In this document: in pieces, positions 1 through 10,989 of the stretch
How the letters are laid out: each line of letters begins with the position of its first letter
Position numbering within the stretch: position 1 is the stretch's first letter
Source of the DNA: Camelus dromedarius
Lineage: Eukaryota
Reading direction: 5' to 3'
Length of the DNA: 64,000 nucleotides
NCBI RefSeq assembly: GCF_036321535.1
Contig: NC_087456.1
Coordinates: 10,044,001 to 10,108,000, forward strand
The notes under the pieces: generated by a model
Told to the model about the DNA's origin: nothing
Seen by the model: only the letters and a program-made list of their open reading frames with translations
Database searches by the model: none
Made by a program: the position numbers and the translations under genes

Positions 1-659
1 CCAATTTTCTGGCTCCGGACACACAGAATCAAACTAAGGTATTGATCTTCAAGAGTGATTCCTAATTAGCTGCAGAGTAATCTCCCAGACTCCCTGAGGC
101 CAGAGTGGCTGACCGTGGCTTTAGAGGACTCCAACAGAGCCAGCATCCCCCACCCTCCCCAAGTACCACGCCAGTGATTGAACATGTCTTAGCAAATATT
201 CTCACAACCTCTGCGGTCTGTGTGTTGCTTCCTCGCAGAAGGAGAGAACACTGCCTTCCCTTCCCCTTACTGTCTTTGGGAGAAAGGTAAGAAGCTTTTG
301 AAGGGAAGCAGAAAATTCTGGGAGCAAGTTAAGTCTACACATGCCCCTCACCTTCCAGTTGACTTCCTGAAAATCTTGCCTCCATCCCCTTGTCCCTTCT
401 CTTCATAGATTTCCTCTATTCAAATGCCTTTTCCTCTTTCCTAAGGCTTTCAAAATGCCTTGACCTCTCTGCTAAACTCCAGCCTGGCAGTTTTCACCAG
501 GTAAGTGGCAGTTTTAGCTGTCGGTCTCACCAGCACCTTAAAATCAACATTGGCAGAATTTATCGCATTTATCATGCCCTCCGTCCCCACCGCAAAGTGC
601 CCCTAAATGTGCATTCTTAGATCTTGTTAAGGGCAGGGCCATCCCCCCCCCCCCGGGAA

Positions 660-1160
660 CTCAGACTTCAATCCTTGGGGTGATCTTTGATTCGTCCCGT
701 TTTCCCTGATCCTCAGCTCCCACGTGGCATTTCAATCAGTCCTGCGAGCTCTGTCCCAGTCGCTCTCCCACCATGCCTTTCTCATATCCAGTGCCCCAGT
801 GTAAGCACCTCTTATTTCTTACCATAAATTTCTAACCAACTCCCCCTGGACAAATGCCTTCTGTCCTGCTCCCAAGTTTATCTTTCTGCAAAACTGCCTG
901 GATCCTGCTCTTCCCCACCAGAACTAGTCAGCGGTCGCTTCTACTTTGGAAAAAAAGCTGAAACTCCTAAGCCTCTGTGTTCTTGTTCCAGCCCACATTT
1001 TGGATGTAATATTTTCCTCTTCTGTTTCAATATTCTATGGTACAGCCAAACTAATATATGAATTGGATGCCTTGCTTGTTCTGTATCTTTTAATTGATAT
1101 CCCTCATATCTATTTCCAGAAAGTCAAATCCTACTTATTCCACAAGATTCAGTTCAAATA
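660..1160 (+). mobile_element. Degenerate LINE2 fragment
   Basis: Pyrimidine-rich decayed sequence resembling the L2 ORF2/3' region; boundaries approximate. Confidence 0.45.
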
Positions 1161-1199
1161 GCAATAATGTTCCTAAGCCTCCTTTGCATGTATGCAAGG

Positions 1200-1400
1200 C
1201 TTTTAATGTTCAAAGCAAGTCCACATCCATATGGTCTTTTTAAGCCTCACAATAGCTCCAAGGGAGGCAGGAAGCATAGGCATTATTAATCCGCTTTTAC
1301 AGAGGAGGAAACTGAGACACAGGCAGGGGAAGTGAATTGCCTGGTAATCAATGGTAGACCAGATGCCGACCCACTGATTTTTAGCTGATGCAATTTCCTT
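1200..1400 (-). mobile_element. MIR SINE
   Basis: MIR core 'cttttacagaggaggaaactgagacacagg'. Confidence 0.7.
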
Positions 1401-2559
1401 TGACAATTGGCAATGCTCTGGGTGTGCGTGCTTTTGCTTTCCAATCATTTGGATGGAGTCTTGCAGTAAAACAACTGCTCTCTTGATGGAACCTGGAGAA
1501 ATTAATGAGCTCCCCTTCCTTGGCCCACCTATCTGTCTTTATATATCTCACCACATTTGCCACTAATTATATTTCTCTTTATAATCTGAGCTCTCTGGTT
1601 AAGTAATGTAATTGATCACACCTGAAAAATATCACTAATTCCAAAATGGCCCAGAAGTATTTTGTCATGCTGTTCCCTTTTTCCTTGCTCCCCACATGGT
1701 GTTAGAATTATTAAGATGTCACATGTGTCAGAAGGGGAGAAAAAACACCAGGACTAAGGGTCTAAAAATGTAGTATCTGCATGTGTCAGAGGAGAGAAGG
1801 AGTTGGGGACAAATGTGGTAATTTTTTTAAGACAGAAAAGTAAACATTGATTTAAAATACAAAGTAACAGAAAGAGACAGAAATCCTTATTAATCTGAAG
1901 CTTCCAAAGAATATAGCACCTGCAAAGAAAAGAAAGTGGGGGGCAGCCCTTACGTCTGTAAACTGAACATTATCTTTCAGTGGTCTGTTATTGCCCACAG
2001 GTTGGGACAGCTCTGTCAATGAGCGAAAAAGCAGGGTGAGGTTGGGATCCTGCTGGCTTGGGAGGGGAGGAGCTGGAATCCACCCCCCCCACACACACAC
2101 ACACAATATATACTGCTCAAGCCACTCTTCTCTTTTATTTCACTCAGGAAGGTAAAGCCAAAGAACTACCCCCAGCTTGCACTGCAGGAGCTGTAGAGAG
2201 AGGCATGGTTGATATCACCTCCCTGGGTGGTTGGAAGGCAGAGCAGTGCTGGGGGTGTCTGTGTGCTGGCTCTTCTGTGTCACCTCCCACTCGCTCGGAC
2301 AGAGAGCTGGATAAAGTAGAAAAGGGAGAACCAAGAATGACAATTCTCAGAACCTCTCTGCCCTCAGGATTTCCTCATCTTCCCTCAGAGGCTTAGTTTT
2401 AGCCTCAAATCCCCCCTTCTGGATCTTAATGTCTTGTTTTTACTTAGATGACCCTTCTCGATCTATATAGGTTATTTGGTCTAAGTGAGGACTGTGGAAG
2501 TACACCCAAATCAGCCACAGAGGCAGAATATAGACAGATGGTCTAGAGGTGTGGTGTGT

Positions 2560-2790
2560 TGAGTACCTACTATGTGTCAGACACTATGCTAGAGACTGAC
2601 CTTATCTCACTTAATCCTTATAGCACACAGTAGGATCAATGTTAATCCCATTACCATAGCTGAGGAAACTGAGGCTCAAAGCGACTAAGGATCGTGCCAA
2701 AGTTTCCAGCGCTAAGAAATGATAGATGCAGACTTCCAGCCAGGTTTGACTGGTGGCAAAGATCATGCCTTTCCACTGGACCACTCTGCC
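2560..2790 (-). mobile_element. MIR SINE (possibly with an L2 3' tip at the left)
   Basis: 'tacctactatgtgtcagacactatgcta' followed by MIR core 'gctgaggaaactgaggctcaaag'. Confidence 0.7.
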
Positions 2791-3099
2791 TCCACTGACC
2801 TGCAAAGTACCACCTTGTCCATTCTCCGGACCAATGGAAAGAACCTGGCTCAAGAGTCATCCAGAACTGGCTCAAATCCTGACTCTCCCACTTACATACT
2901 TAAGAATAATCATGTTAATCTTGAATAACTATTTTAAGAACTAAATTAGATGATCTCTCTAGCCTGTTACCTGGTAAAAATGAAGGAACCACTTTTACGA
3001 GGATGCTGTCCTGCCCCTATTCTCTCCCCTCGTATGTGAAAGGGAGAATCATACAATGAAAAGTATACAAAATTTTATGTTAAAAAAGAAAATTAAGTT

Positions 3100-3250
3100 T
3101 GAATTCCAGTTATGCCATCCAGTAGTTGTGTGACCTGACACAAGTCGCAACCTCGCTGAATTGTAAGTTCCTTTGTACAACAAAGGGGGATTCTAATGTT
3201 TTAGATCCTACGAGGTTGTCATGTGAGTCGCATCAAAGGTGATACCTGAT
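3100..3250 (+). mobile_element. MIR SINE
   Basis: 'agttgtgtgacctgacacaagtc...gttcctttgtacaacaaaggggg' resembles the MIR body and core. Confidence 0.55.
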
Positions 3251-3269
3251 ATGGAAATACTTTTAAAAC

Positions 3270-3470
3270 ATAAAGCATTATACAAATATTTTACATATTG
3301 TATAAGTATCTCATTTAAACATAGGCATATGCATATATGTGTGTGCATGTATGTATATAAAATATGTATGTATATATCATACTTTATATGTGTATATGTG
3401 TGATTATTCTTCAGTGTGTGTAAGTAGTAGAGCGGTATATACATATATATAAAAAACATGTGTGTGTTGC
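3270..3470. repeat. (TA/TG)-rich low-complexity tract
   Basis: Degenerate tatatgtgtg/atatac repeats. Confidence 0.75.
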
Positions 3471-3999
3471 ATAACATGCTTAGGAGAACCTAACCATACT
3501 TGTCCTTCTCGCCAGGACTCATTTTTCAGCCCTATCTATCTTTATCCAGGCAGGAAAGTGCCTTCAAAGCCTCAAGTCAGACCAAGAGATGATCGCCAGT
3601 TAATGGGGAGAAAAGACTAAATGGCACCTGGCGTTTCTCTTGTGTCTGAGCAGGCATGGAGGAGGAAGAAGTCTTTCATCTCCTGAGTGGTGCAGGGAGA
3701 GGCCCTCTGACTTGGAACATGCCGTGTGAGCTTCCAGGATGAAAAGTGCGGCCAGAATGCAAGCAGGGATGATTTGTTCCTTAAGAACAGGAGAGAGCAA
3801 GTTGGGGTACATGACAAGGACGGCCAGGTCCGGGGCCCCCTCCTGCTATTGATTTCTGTTTCTTTTCTACGTTCTGAAATTTGGAGGGCCCCAAACACGC
3901 CAGAAAGACCCCTTCAGTTGCTGACAGTGAGACAGTGTCCCAGGTCGGGGTGGTGAAGACCGACCCCTACTCTGAAACTCACTGGATCTCAAAACCGGC

Positions 4000-4150
4000 T
4001 CTTTCTCCCTCTCCTCTTCCCCCCTTTTCCCTCCTCTTCTGCCTCCTCCTCCCCTTCCCGCTCCCCTTCCCCCCCTTTTCTTTTCTCCCTCCTCCTCCTT
4101 TTCCTCCCTCTTTCCCCTCTCTCCTGCCTCCTAATCATCCCCCTCTTCCT
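4000..4150. repeat. Polypyrimidine (CT-rich) tract
   Basis: About 150 bp almost entirely C/T, followed by a purine-rich stretch at ~4200-4245. Confidence 0.85.
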
Positions 4151-4289
4151 GCTGTCAGTTGCCTAAGGGGAAGGATCCTGGCCACTCCCACTAGGCGGCC
4201 AGGGATGGAGGAGGGAGGCTAAAGGACAAGGGAGGCAGGAGGGGACCGAGGCCTCTCCTGTCCTATCAGTCTTCCCAGTCCTGGGCTGA

Positions 4290-4720
4290 GGCAGACGGCG
4301 CAGCTCGCTGGGCTCGCGACAACGTTCCAGGCCTGGAGCTCAGGTGGCAGCTGTCCACGGCAAGCCAGACTTTTGAACATGTCGGCAGAGCCCTTCTTGT
4401 CTCACGGCCCCCACCCCGAAGCTAACACCCCTTTGTCTCCAGCTGGTTCTTGGCCCCTTGCTGTTCTCATTTGTGGTTTTATTTTCCCCAAAAGGAGGGA
4501 GTTACTCCGAGCTGGGCTTTTGTCCAACTGGTCCAGCACCATCTTTCTCCTCCCTGGGCCGTTAGCTCCTCTTCGAGAGGAATCTCGCTGGGTCTGCCTT
4601 CCCTCTCTCCATCTGGCACTGCACGCCCTGCTGCGTGGGGCCTGCAGGATGGGAGCTGGCCGGGCAGGACAGCCAGCAAGCAGCAAAGCCTTTACAGCAG
4701 TGATCTGGGAATCCAGGCGG
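4290..4720. promoter_or_regulatory. GC/CpG-enriched non-repeat segment, candidate promoter or enhancer
   Basis: Retained CpGs (gacggcgcagctcgctgggctcgcgacaacg), E-box CAGCTG, no repeat similarity recognised. Confidence 0.4.
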
Positions 4721-5394
4721 CCTCTGTTATTTCTCTACCAGTCTGTATCAGAGAGACAAAACACCAAGAGAGGTTTAAAACATTCAAGAGAAGAAAAAGC
4801 AACACATAGCATGAGAGAGCTCTGTCCAGCCAGCACTTTTACTGGCAATAAATCTGCTTTAAAAATGTATAAGGAAATAAAGAAAAAAAAAATGGGCAAA
4901 TCGCTTTGGTGGAAACCCATTTCTCCCAGATTCAGCCATTTCCCTGCATCAGCTCTTCTCTCTCCCAGAGACAGCTGCTAGCCACGGAAGACAATGGTGC
5001 AAAGGAAGCTCACCCCAATCCCCAACCCAGGTCTTCTGCAGGGCACAGATTGCTGCAGGCCCGGGGTCCAGCTGGCCGGCTCCTGCAGCCGGAGGAGCCC
5101 ACTGGGTGTCCAGTTTTGTGCTGACCCTTGCAAGTGTGCTTTCAGCTGCAAAAAAATATCATAGACCTATCCATCTTCATGTTGAAGCCTCCAGGGGAGG
5201 CTGCGGCAGGTGAGCCCCAAGTTGTCACATGTTCCCTGATCCCAAGGATATCAATGGGTCTCTGAAGGGGTTCAGAATGACCTCAGCCAGTCTGCCAGGA
5301 AATGACTGCTTACCAATGAGAAACCTGGTATCTACTCTCTGGGGCTAGATGAAAAGAGGTAAAATGAGTCTGCTTTAAAAAATATCTATGCATT

Positions 5395-5485
5395 GGAGGA
5401 GGGGGTGTAGCTCAGTGGTAGAGTGCATGCTTAGCATGCACGAGGTCCTGGGTTCAATCTCCGGTACCTTCATTAAAAAAAAAAA
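5395..5485 (+). mobile_element. Camelid tRNA-Ala(AGC)-derived SINE, short form
   Basis: gggggtgtagctcagtggtagag...ttagcatgc...ggttcaatc (Pol III A and B boxes), poly(A) tail, imperfect TSD atatctatgcatt / aaatccatgcatt. Confidence 0.9.
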
Positions 5486-7014
5486 TCCATGCATTATGCA
5501 CCAGGTATTCATCACTAGCTGTGTAATTGTGGGCTTCAGGTTCTTCAGAAATAAAGAGGACAGATAATAGGCGATGCTTGTCACATCTCTGAATGCAGAG
5601 CCCTGTACTAATTTCCCAGGACCAGGCTCCTGCTCATTTGCTGTACCCATGTACATCTGTGGTCATTTGAGACACACATAGGGTCCACATGGTATTTGTG
5701 CCGATCCAAGAAGACCAGAAAAGCTTCCAGAGCAGGGTCAGGATCCAAGCCTCCCCAGGCATCACTAAGCATCCCTCAGAAAGCAGGGTCTGCCACCATC
5801 TCTAGGAGGTTCTTGCTGATTCCTTTGGGAGTTTGCATCCCAGTGACCACACTCTGCCCTGGTCCGATCCCAAGGGCACAACCACGTAGCAACCGGGAAG
5901 CAAATGCATGACCCCAAGGAGAGTAAGTATGTCATAGCCAATAAATAAACAGTCACTTGAGCAATTGGTGCTCACCCCTTCGGAATTTGCATCTCATCTC
6001 AGGACAGTCTTGCTCTAAGACCTTGTCAATACATTGATATGTTATAAATAAGTGGTTTTACTGGGAGTGAGATGCAAGCTATCTTGAAACTAACTAAGCG
6101 TGACTAGAATAGACCGTCCCTCCTGTCCCAGAGAGTCATCTGCATTCTGATGCAAAATGAGACTAGAATCCCAGACTTCACCATGTTCCTCAGCAGCAAT
6201 AAGAAACACTGCTTCAGTGATGGGCGTAATGTTCCTATCAGTGATTCTGAGTAAGGAAAAGGAAGAGGAAGTGAGGAAGGGGTTAAAAGAAGAAAAAGAC
6301 AAGCCATTCTCTGGGAACCTGGGATGATGGAAGGTGGGAGATGGGATGTCAGAATAGAGAAAATAAAGAAGTGGTAAGAGACAGAAAGAGGATATATAAA
6401 CAGATGCAGTAGAGAGCCATTCAGTGCATTGGGTGGTCTCTCTCTGTGGCATTTTTTTCCCGCTTAATTAATTCAGTACAAAACGACTGAGCACCAATCA
6501 TAGGCAAGGCTCTCTAGAAATGGTCAATCGTCGGGGATGAGAGATGGAGAGGAACAAGATATATTGTTTCTGCTCTCAAATTGCATGCAGTTCAGCTGGG
6601 ACTCAAAAATAGACACAGATAGCTTTGCCACAAGCTGGGCATTACTAAGCTGACCATAGGGGCATGTATTAGTTTCAAAGAAGAGGAGATTCTTGGCCTG
6701 GAGTGGGAAATTCCATGGAGGAGCTGGAATTTGAGCATCATCGAAGCTAAATGAATGCCCTCTTTCTGGGCATTAAGGAATTTTTCCTTTCTAGAGATTC
6801 ATGGTAAAAAAGATAACAGTCCTTCATCTCAGAGGAAACTGTGGTAACAAAGTGTTGAAATGTAAAACTGCTTTCAGGTTTTTCCAGGTGGAAAGTTTGC
6901 CCACACAGCGCAGCTATAGACACATATTTCATTCATTTCCTCATTGTTTCTTCTGCATTGATTTCTGGCTCCCTCCTCAACTCTCCTAAGTGTTTAGAGC
7001 ATCTCCTGTCCCTG

Positions 7015-7155
7015 GAAGAGCCATTGTTCATGTCCCTGGCTGCAAGAAGGTCTCCTGGGAGCCTGTTAAAATACAGATGAACTGGCCCTCACCACCACTA
7101 ACTGAATCAGGACCACAGTGGGTCAACCTGAATTTCTCTGTCTATAACAGGATGC
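7015..7155. mobile_element. MER5-like hAT-Charlie fragment
   Basis: 'cctgggagcctgttaaaatacagatg...actgaatcag' MER5 signature. Confidence 0.6.
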
Positions 7156-7940
7156 TTAAGTGAACGTAACGAATCGAACAGTAGTAGGTGTAACTCACAG
7201 GTTCGATGCTCATACTGTAAGGTTCTTTCACCTGTTACGTTGAGATCCCTAAAATTTCCTGAAGACTTGGAAATATGGTGAAACCCCCTTCTGAACAGGA
7301 GCACGTTAACGATGGCAAGGAGCGTTTAGCTTGTTAATTTTATGTTGTTGTTTTCCTGACGTTTCAGATCTTCTTGGAGGATGGGTTGGGGAAGCCACAA
7401 GACAGGCAGCTAGACCGCAGGATTTCTTGGTCCAGCAGGGCTGCAAAGCCACGTATGACCTGGGCTGGATCTCAGTGCAGCAGGTCACCCAATTAGTCTG
7501 TACCAGCTCCACAACCTTTGGGCTGACAAGTCTCAGGCGAGAGGGTCTTGAGAGTAAGAGCACAGAAACCTGCTTTCCTCTACAAGGAATTTTCCCTCCC
7601 CAGGATGTTACTTCTTCCCAAGAAACACAAATTAACTAGCTGCCACTAATGACCTCCAGACCAACACAAACCCATTTCCCCTTGAAATTAACCTTCTATT
7701 CTGAAGCTAAACAATGTCTAATTAGCCCCAAGCATGAGTGAGCTAACTGGAAGAGAAGGCTCTAGAAAATTAAAATGGGGCTAGCCTTACTGATGAAAAA
7801 AGAAGAAACAGCAAAAAGCCATCTTCCAATTATCCTCCTTCTCACCTCCGCCCCCGGTTCCTTATCCTGCATCTTCATCTGTCTTCCTCTCTACAAACCT
7901 TGTAAAGGAGTCTGCCTTTCAGACAAATATTTTCCCCATC

Positions 7941-8190
7941 NNNNNNNNNNNNNNNNNNNNNNNNNNNNNNNNNNNNNNNNNNNNNNNNNNNNNNNNNNNN
8001 NNNNNNNNNNNNNNNNNNNNNNNNNNNNNNNNNNNNNNNNNNNNNNNNNNNNNNNNNNNNNNNNNNNNNNNNNNNNNNNNNNNNNNNNNNNNNNNNNNNN
8101 NNNNNNNNNNNNNNNNNNNNNNNNNNNNNNNNNNNNNNNNNNNNNNNNNNNNNNNNNNNNNNNNNNNNNNNNNNNNNNNNNNNNNNNNNN
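7941..8190. other. Assembly gap (250 N)
   Basis: N-run. Confidence 0.95.
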
Positions 8191-8342
8191 CCACGGATTC
8201 CAGCCGGGCTGTGCTTTTATGGGACATGCCTTGGTAATGCGGACTCCTTTAGCAGCAATCCGACGGTATCTGCTGCTCTGAAAGTCCTGCCTAACACGTC
8301 CTGCTTTGTCTGCAGCAAGGGATGCACACGCCCTGAACTCCA

Positions 8343-8527
8343 NNNNNNNNNNNNNNNNNNNNNNNNNNNNNNNNNNNNNNNNNNNNNNNNNNNNNNNNNN
8401 NNNNNNNNNNNNNNNNNNNNNNNNNNNNNNNNNNNNNNNNNNNNNNNNNNNNNNNNNNNNNNNNNNNNNNNNNNNNNNNNNNNNNNNNNNNNNNNNNNNN
8501 NNNNNNNNNNNNNNNNNNNNNNNNNNN
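8343..8527. other. Assembly gap (185 N)
   Basis: N-run. Confidence 0.95.
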
Positions 8528-9754
8528 GTTGCTGTATTTAACCCGTATCTGAAATTGTCAACAAAGCCAAGGGTTGGACGATGCGTTGTGAGAAGAGAAA
8601 GAGCCTGAAAATTAGTCCCTGTCTACTGTGTTTTCTTTTATCAGACATAACGCTCCCCTCCTTGGTTCAAAATGAAAGGAGAAAGGGGCACTTGCTCCAA
8701 TTAGGAGCCATTCCTAAGCAGCACATGCTGGCAGGGAAACAGCACAGTCCAGGAGACATAACCTTCGCTTCTTACCTGTGCCACTAATTGACTGTGTAAC
8801 CTTGGACAAACTTCTTTTGCTCTCTGGACCTAAGGTGGGGAAAGGAGGGATCTTGCTTGTTATGTACCTTTCAAAAAATTCTGTAGTGGTCAGTAAATAG
8901 ATTTATAACATGTCCTCTGACCTCCTTGGAATGAAAACTCAGAATTCCTCCTAATTTTTGTGTTGGCCTTTCTACACCTTATGTGTGCTTCTACCAACTT
9001 GCTTTCTTTACCTCCCTCCTCACACCCATTGCCCCTCCACAGTCACACAGATAAGCAGAGAATTGATATGCAAAAGCATCTTTTCAGGACTCACACGAGA
9101 CAATTTAAATTCATAGGAAAAAGCCATAGTTGTGGTAGGGTTGGAAGGAATCTTATAAAACATCCATATGAGTTTTCTTCACTCTAGGGGTTAAAAAAAA
9201 AAAAGACGCAGAGAGGAGAGATTTTTCCTACTGTCACACAGTTGTCTATTGGCAGAACCACCAAGTCGCAGTCCAAGGTAGTGCCACCATTTTTGTTTTC
9301 TGTTATACCAAGCCCAGAGTTCGCGGAGGAAATACTGCGCTTACATATACAAACGTCAGATTGAAAGGATTTTAGGGTTTGAAAAAAGACTTACAAATCA
9401 CTGAGGCTGACCTGCTGGGTGGAGGACTATACAGCAACTCTTTCCTGAGGGGGTGTTTGAGATATACGATCAAGACCAGGAGGGTCCCAGGTAAACTGGG
9501 ATGGGTTGGTCACCCAAGCTCATCTCTAAATGACGCTTACATTTATTTTCCACCCCTCAGCATTCTAACGTGAATCTCTTCACCATTAGGGCATTTACAA
9601 CATTCTCATTTAGTGAATTGCATTGCTGGAACAGTAAGCTATGTGTCTGCCCTTTCGGGTACCACTGAGCAAGAGGATGTGTCTGTAAACAACTGTCCAC
9701 AGTCCTTGAAATACGGGTCCTGTCTCCCAGAATCTGAGAAGACAACAGAATTAC

Positions 9755-9943
9755 AAGCTATTTGTTTTCTATGTCTGTGAGTCTATGAATGGTATGAAAA
9801 TAAGTTCATTTGTGTCATTTTTTAAGATTCCACATATAAGAGATATTGTATGATGTATATGTATAATTGAATCACTTTGCTGTACACCTGAAACTAACAC
9901 AATATTGTAAGTCAACTATACTTCAATTAAAAAAGAAAAAAAA
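9755..9943 (+). mobile_element. 5'-inverted, truncated L1 3' end
   Basis: 9755-9853 is L1 3'UTR in antisense (ttttctatgtctgtgagtct...gattccacatataag); 9854-9943 is the sense terminus (tgaatcactttgctgtacacctgaaactaacaca...poly A). Confidence 0.8.
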
Positions 9944-10989
9944 CTTACTTGGACACAGCAAAGCATTCCAAACGTGTTTCCTCTCTGCCAAGCTTTGTTT
10001 GATGAAAACAACCTCTTCTCTCTTCCTGGCTACTCATAGGAAGTGTTATTAAGTGACTGTAGAGCGAGATTTTTTGCTTTGTTTTGCTCTTTACTTATCT
10101 GAGATTCCAATGTCTCAGATCCCATTCAGAGGCAGTATTCCTTTTAGGAGCCAGTGATCAGATAGCAAGGGGAGACAGATTTCCGAGGCTATAGGAGAAT
10201 AAGAATCTGTGGCATTTTGTAAAATCTTTCTGGGACCCAGATGACTTTCCAGCCACATATATCTGATAGGGCAACAATCCCTCCCGACGAAAATGATTTT
10301 CTTTAGTACTCTGATCGGATGGGTGACTGCTGCAACCTCACCACTTATTTCCTTGGAAACTGTCTTGACTGGCCATTAGTTCTGTTCAAGGGATCGGTAA
10401 TTACCTTCTTCCCATAGGACAATGGCCATTTGGGTGATTTTCCAGGACGCAAAGGCAGATAGCTGAGTCTACAAAAAAAAAGGATTACAAAAAGACAAAA
10501 ATTTTGTTTGAGCTTTCTCTTCTCCCAGTCTTCAACTTTTCCCCACCCTTCTCGCAGTTGCAGGGGGAGCAGTGTCTTTCAGCTGCCCTCCAACATCCCT
10601 GGTCTCTGATTAGGGACTTTCTTCCTCCTAAATGCCAGGTACTTCACATAATCACCACCCCCAAAATTTTTTAATTAAAAAGGGGGAAAAAAAAGATTCT
10701 CTCAGTTTGTGATTCTGAGATGTGTTCAAAAGAAAGCAATTTAATTATCTGATTAAAGAAATTCATACTAAGGTGAGAATATAAAGTTTAGTCTTCATAA
10801 GGGTTTTTGTCTTAACCATAAAGCAAGTCCCTAATGGATGCTCAGAATATATGGGGAGGAGAGGACCTTCCCTAAGCCTTTTTCTGCTCCGGCCTTTTGG
10901 GGCTTGGCCCACCGAAAGCTTACCATTTATGCATTGAACTGGGCTGGGAGCTGCCAGCTCATCTAGCTGCTTTTTTAAAAATAAAAATC

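Noticed and set aside
4373-4981. Longest ORF in the track (202 aa, +)
   Set aside because: No recognisable domain, runs through an A-tract (KKKK) and a splice-acceptor-like pyrimidine tract; consistent with a GC-rich chance ORF
5401-5472. Functional tRNA-Ala(AGC) gene (also 23521, 53756, 54096)
   Set aside because: All have poly(A) or AT-rich tails and TSDs and stem mismatches, which identifies them as SINE copies
8251-8277. Hairpin agcagca...tgctgct as a pre-miRNA
   Set aside because: Only ~27 nt with a 7-bp core stem; far too short
7941-8527. N-runs as deliberately masked exons
   Set aside because: Flanks lack matching AG/GT (or AC/CT) boundaries; treated as ordinary assembly gaps
7775-8608. 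ORFs spanning X-runs (also 41919-42327)
   Set aside because: Artefacts of translating through N gaps
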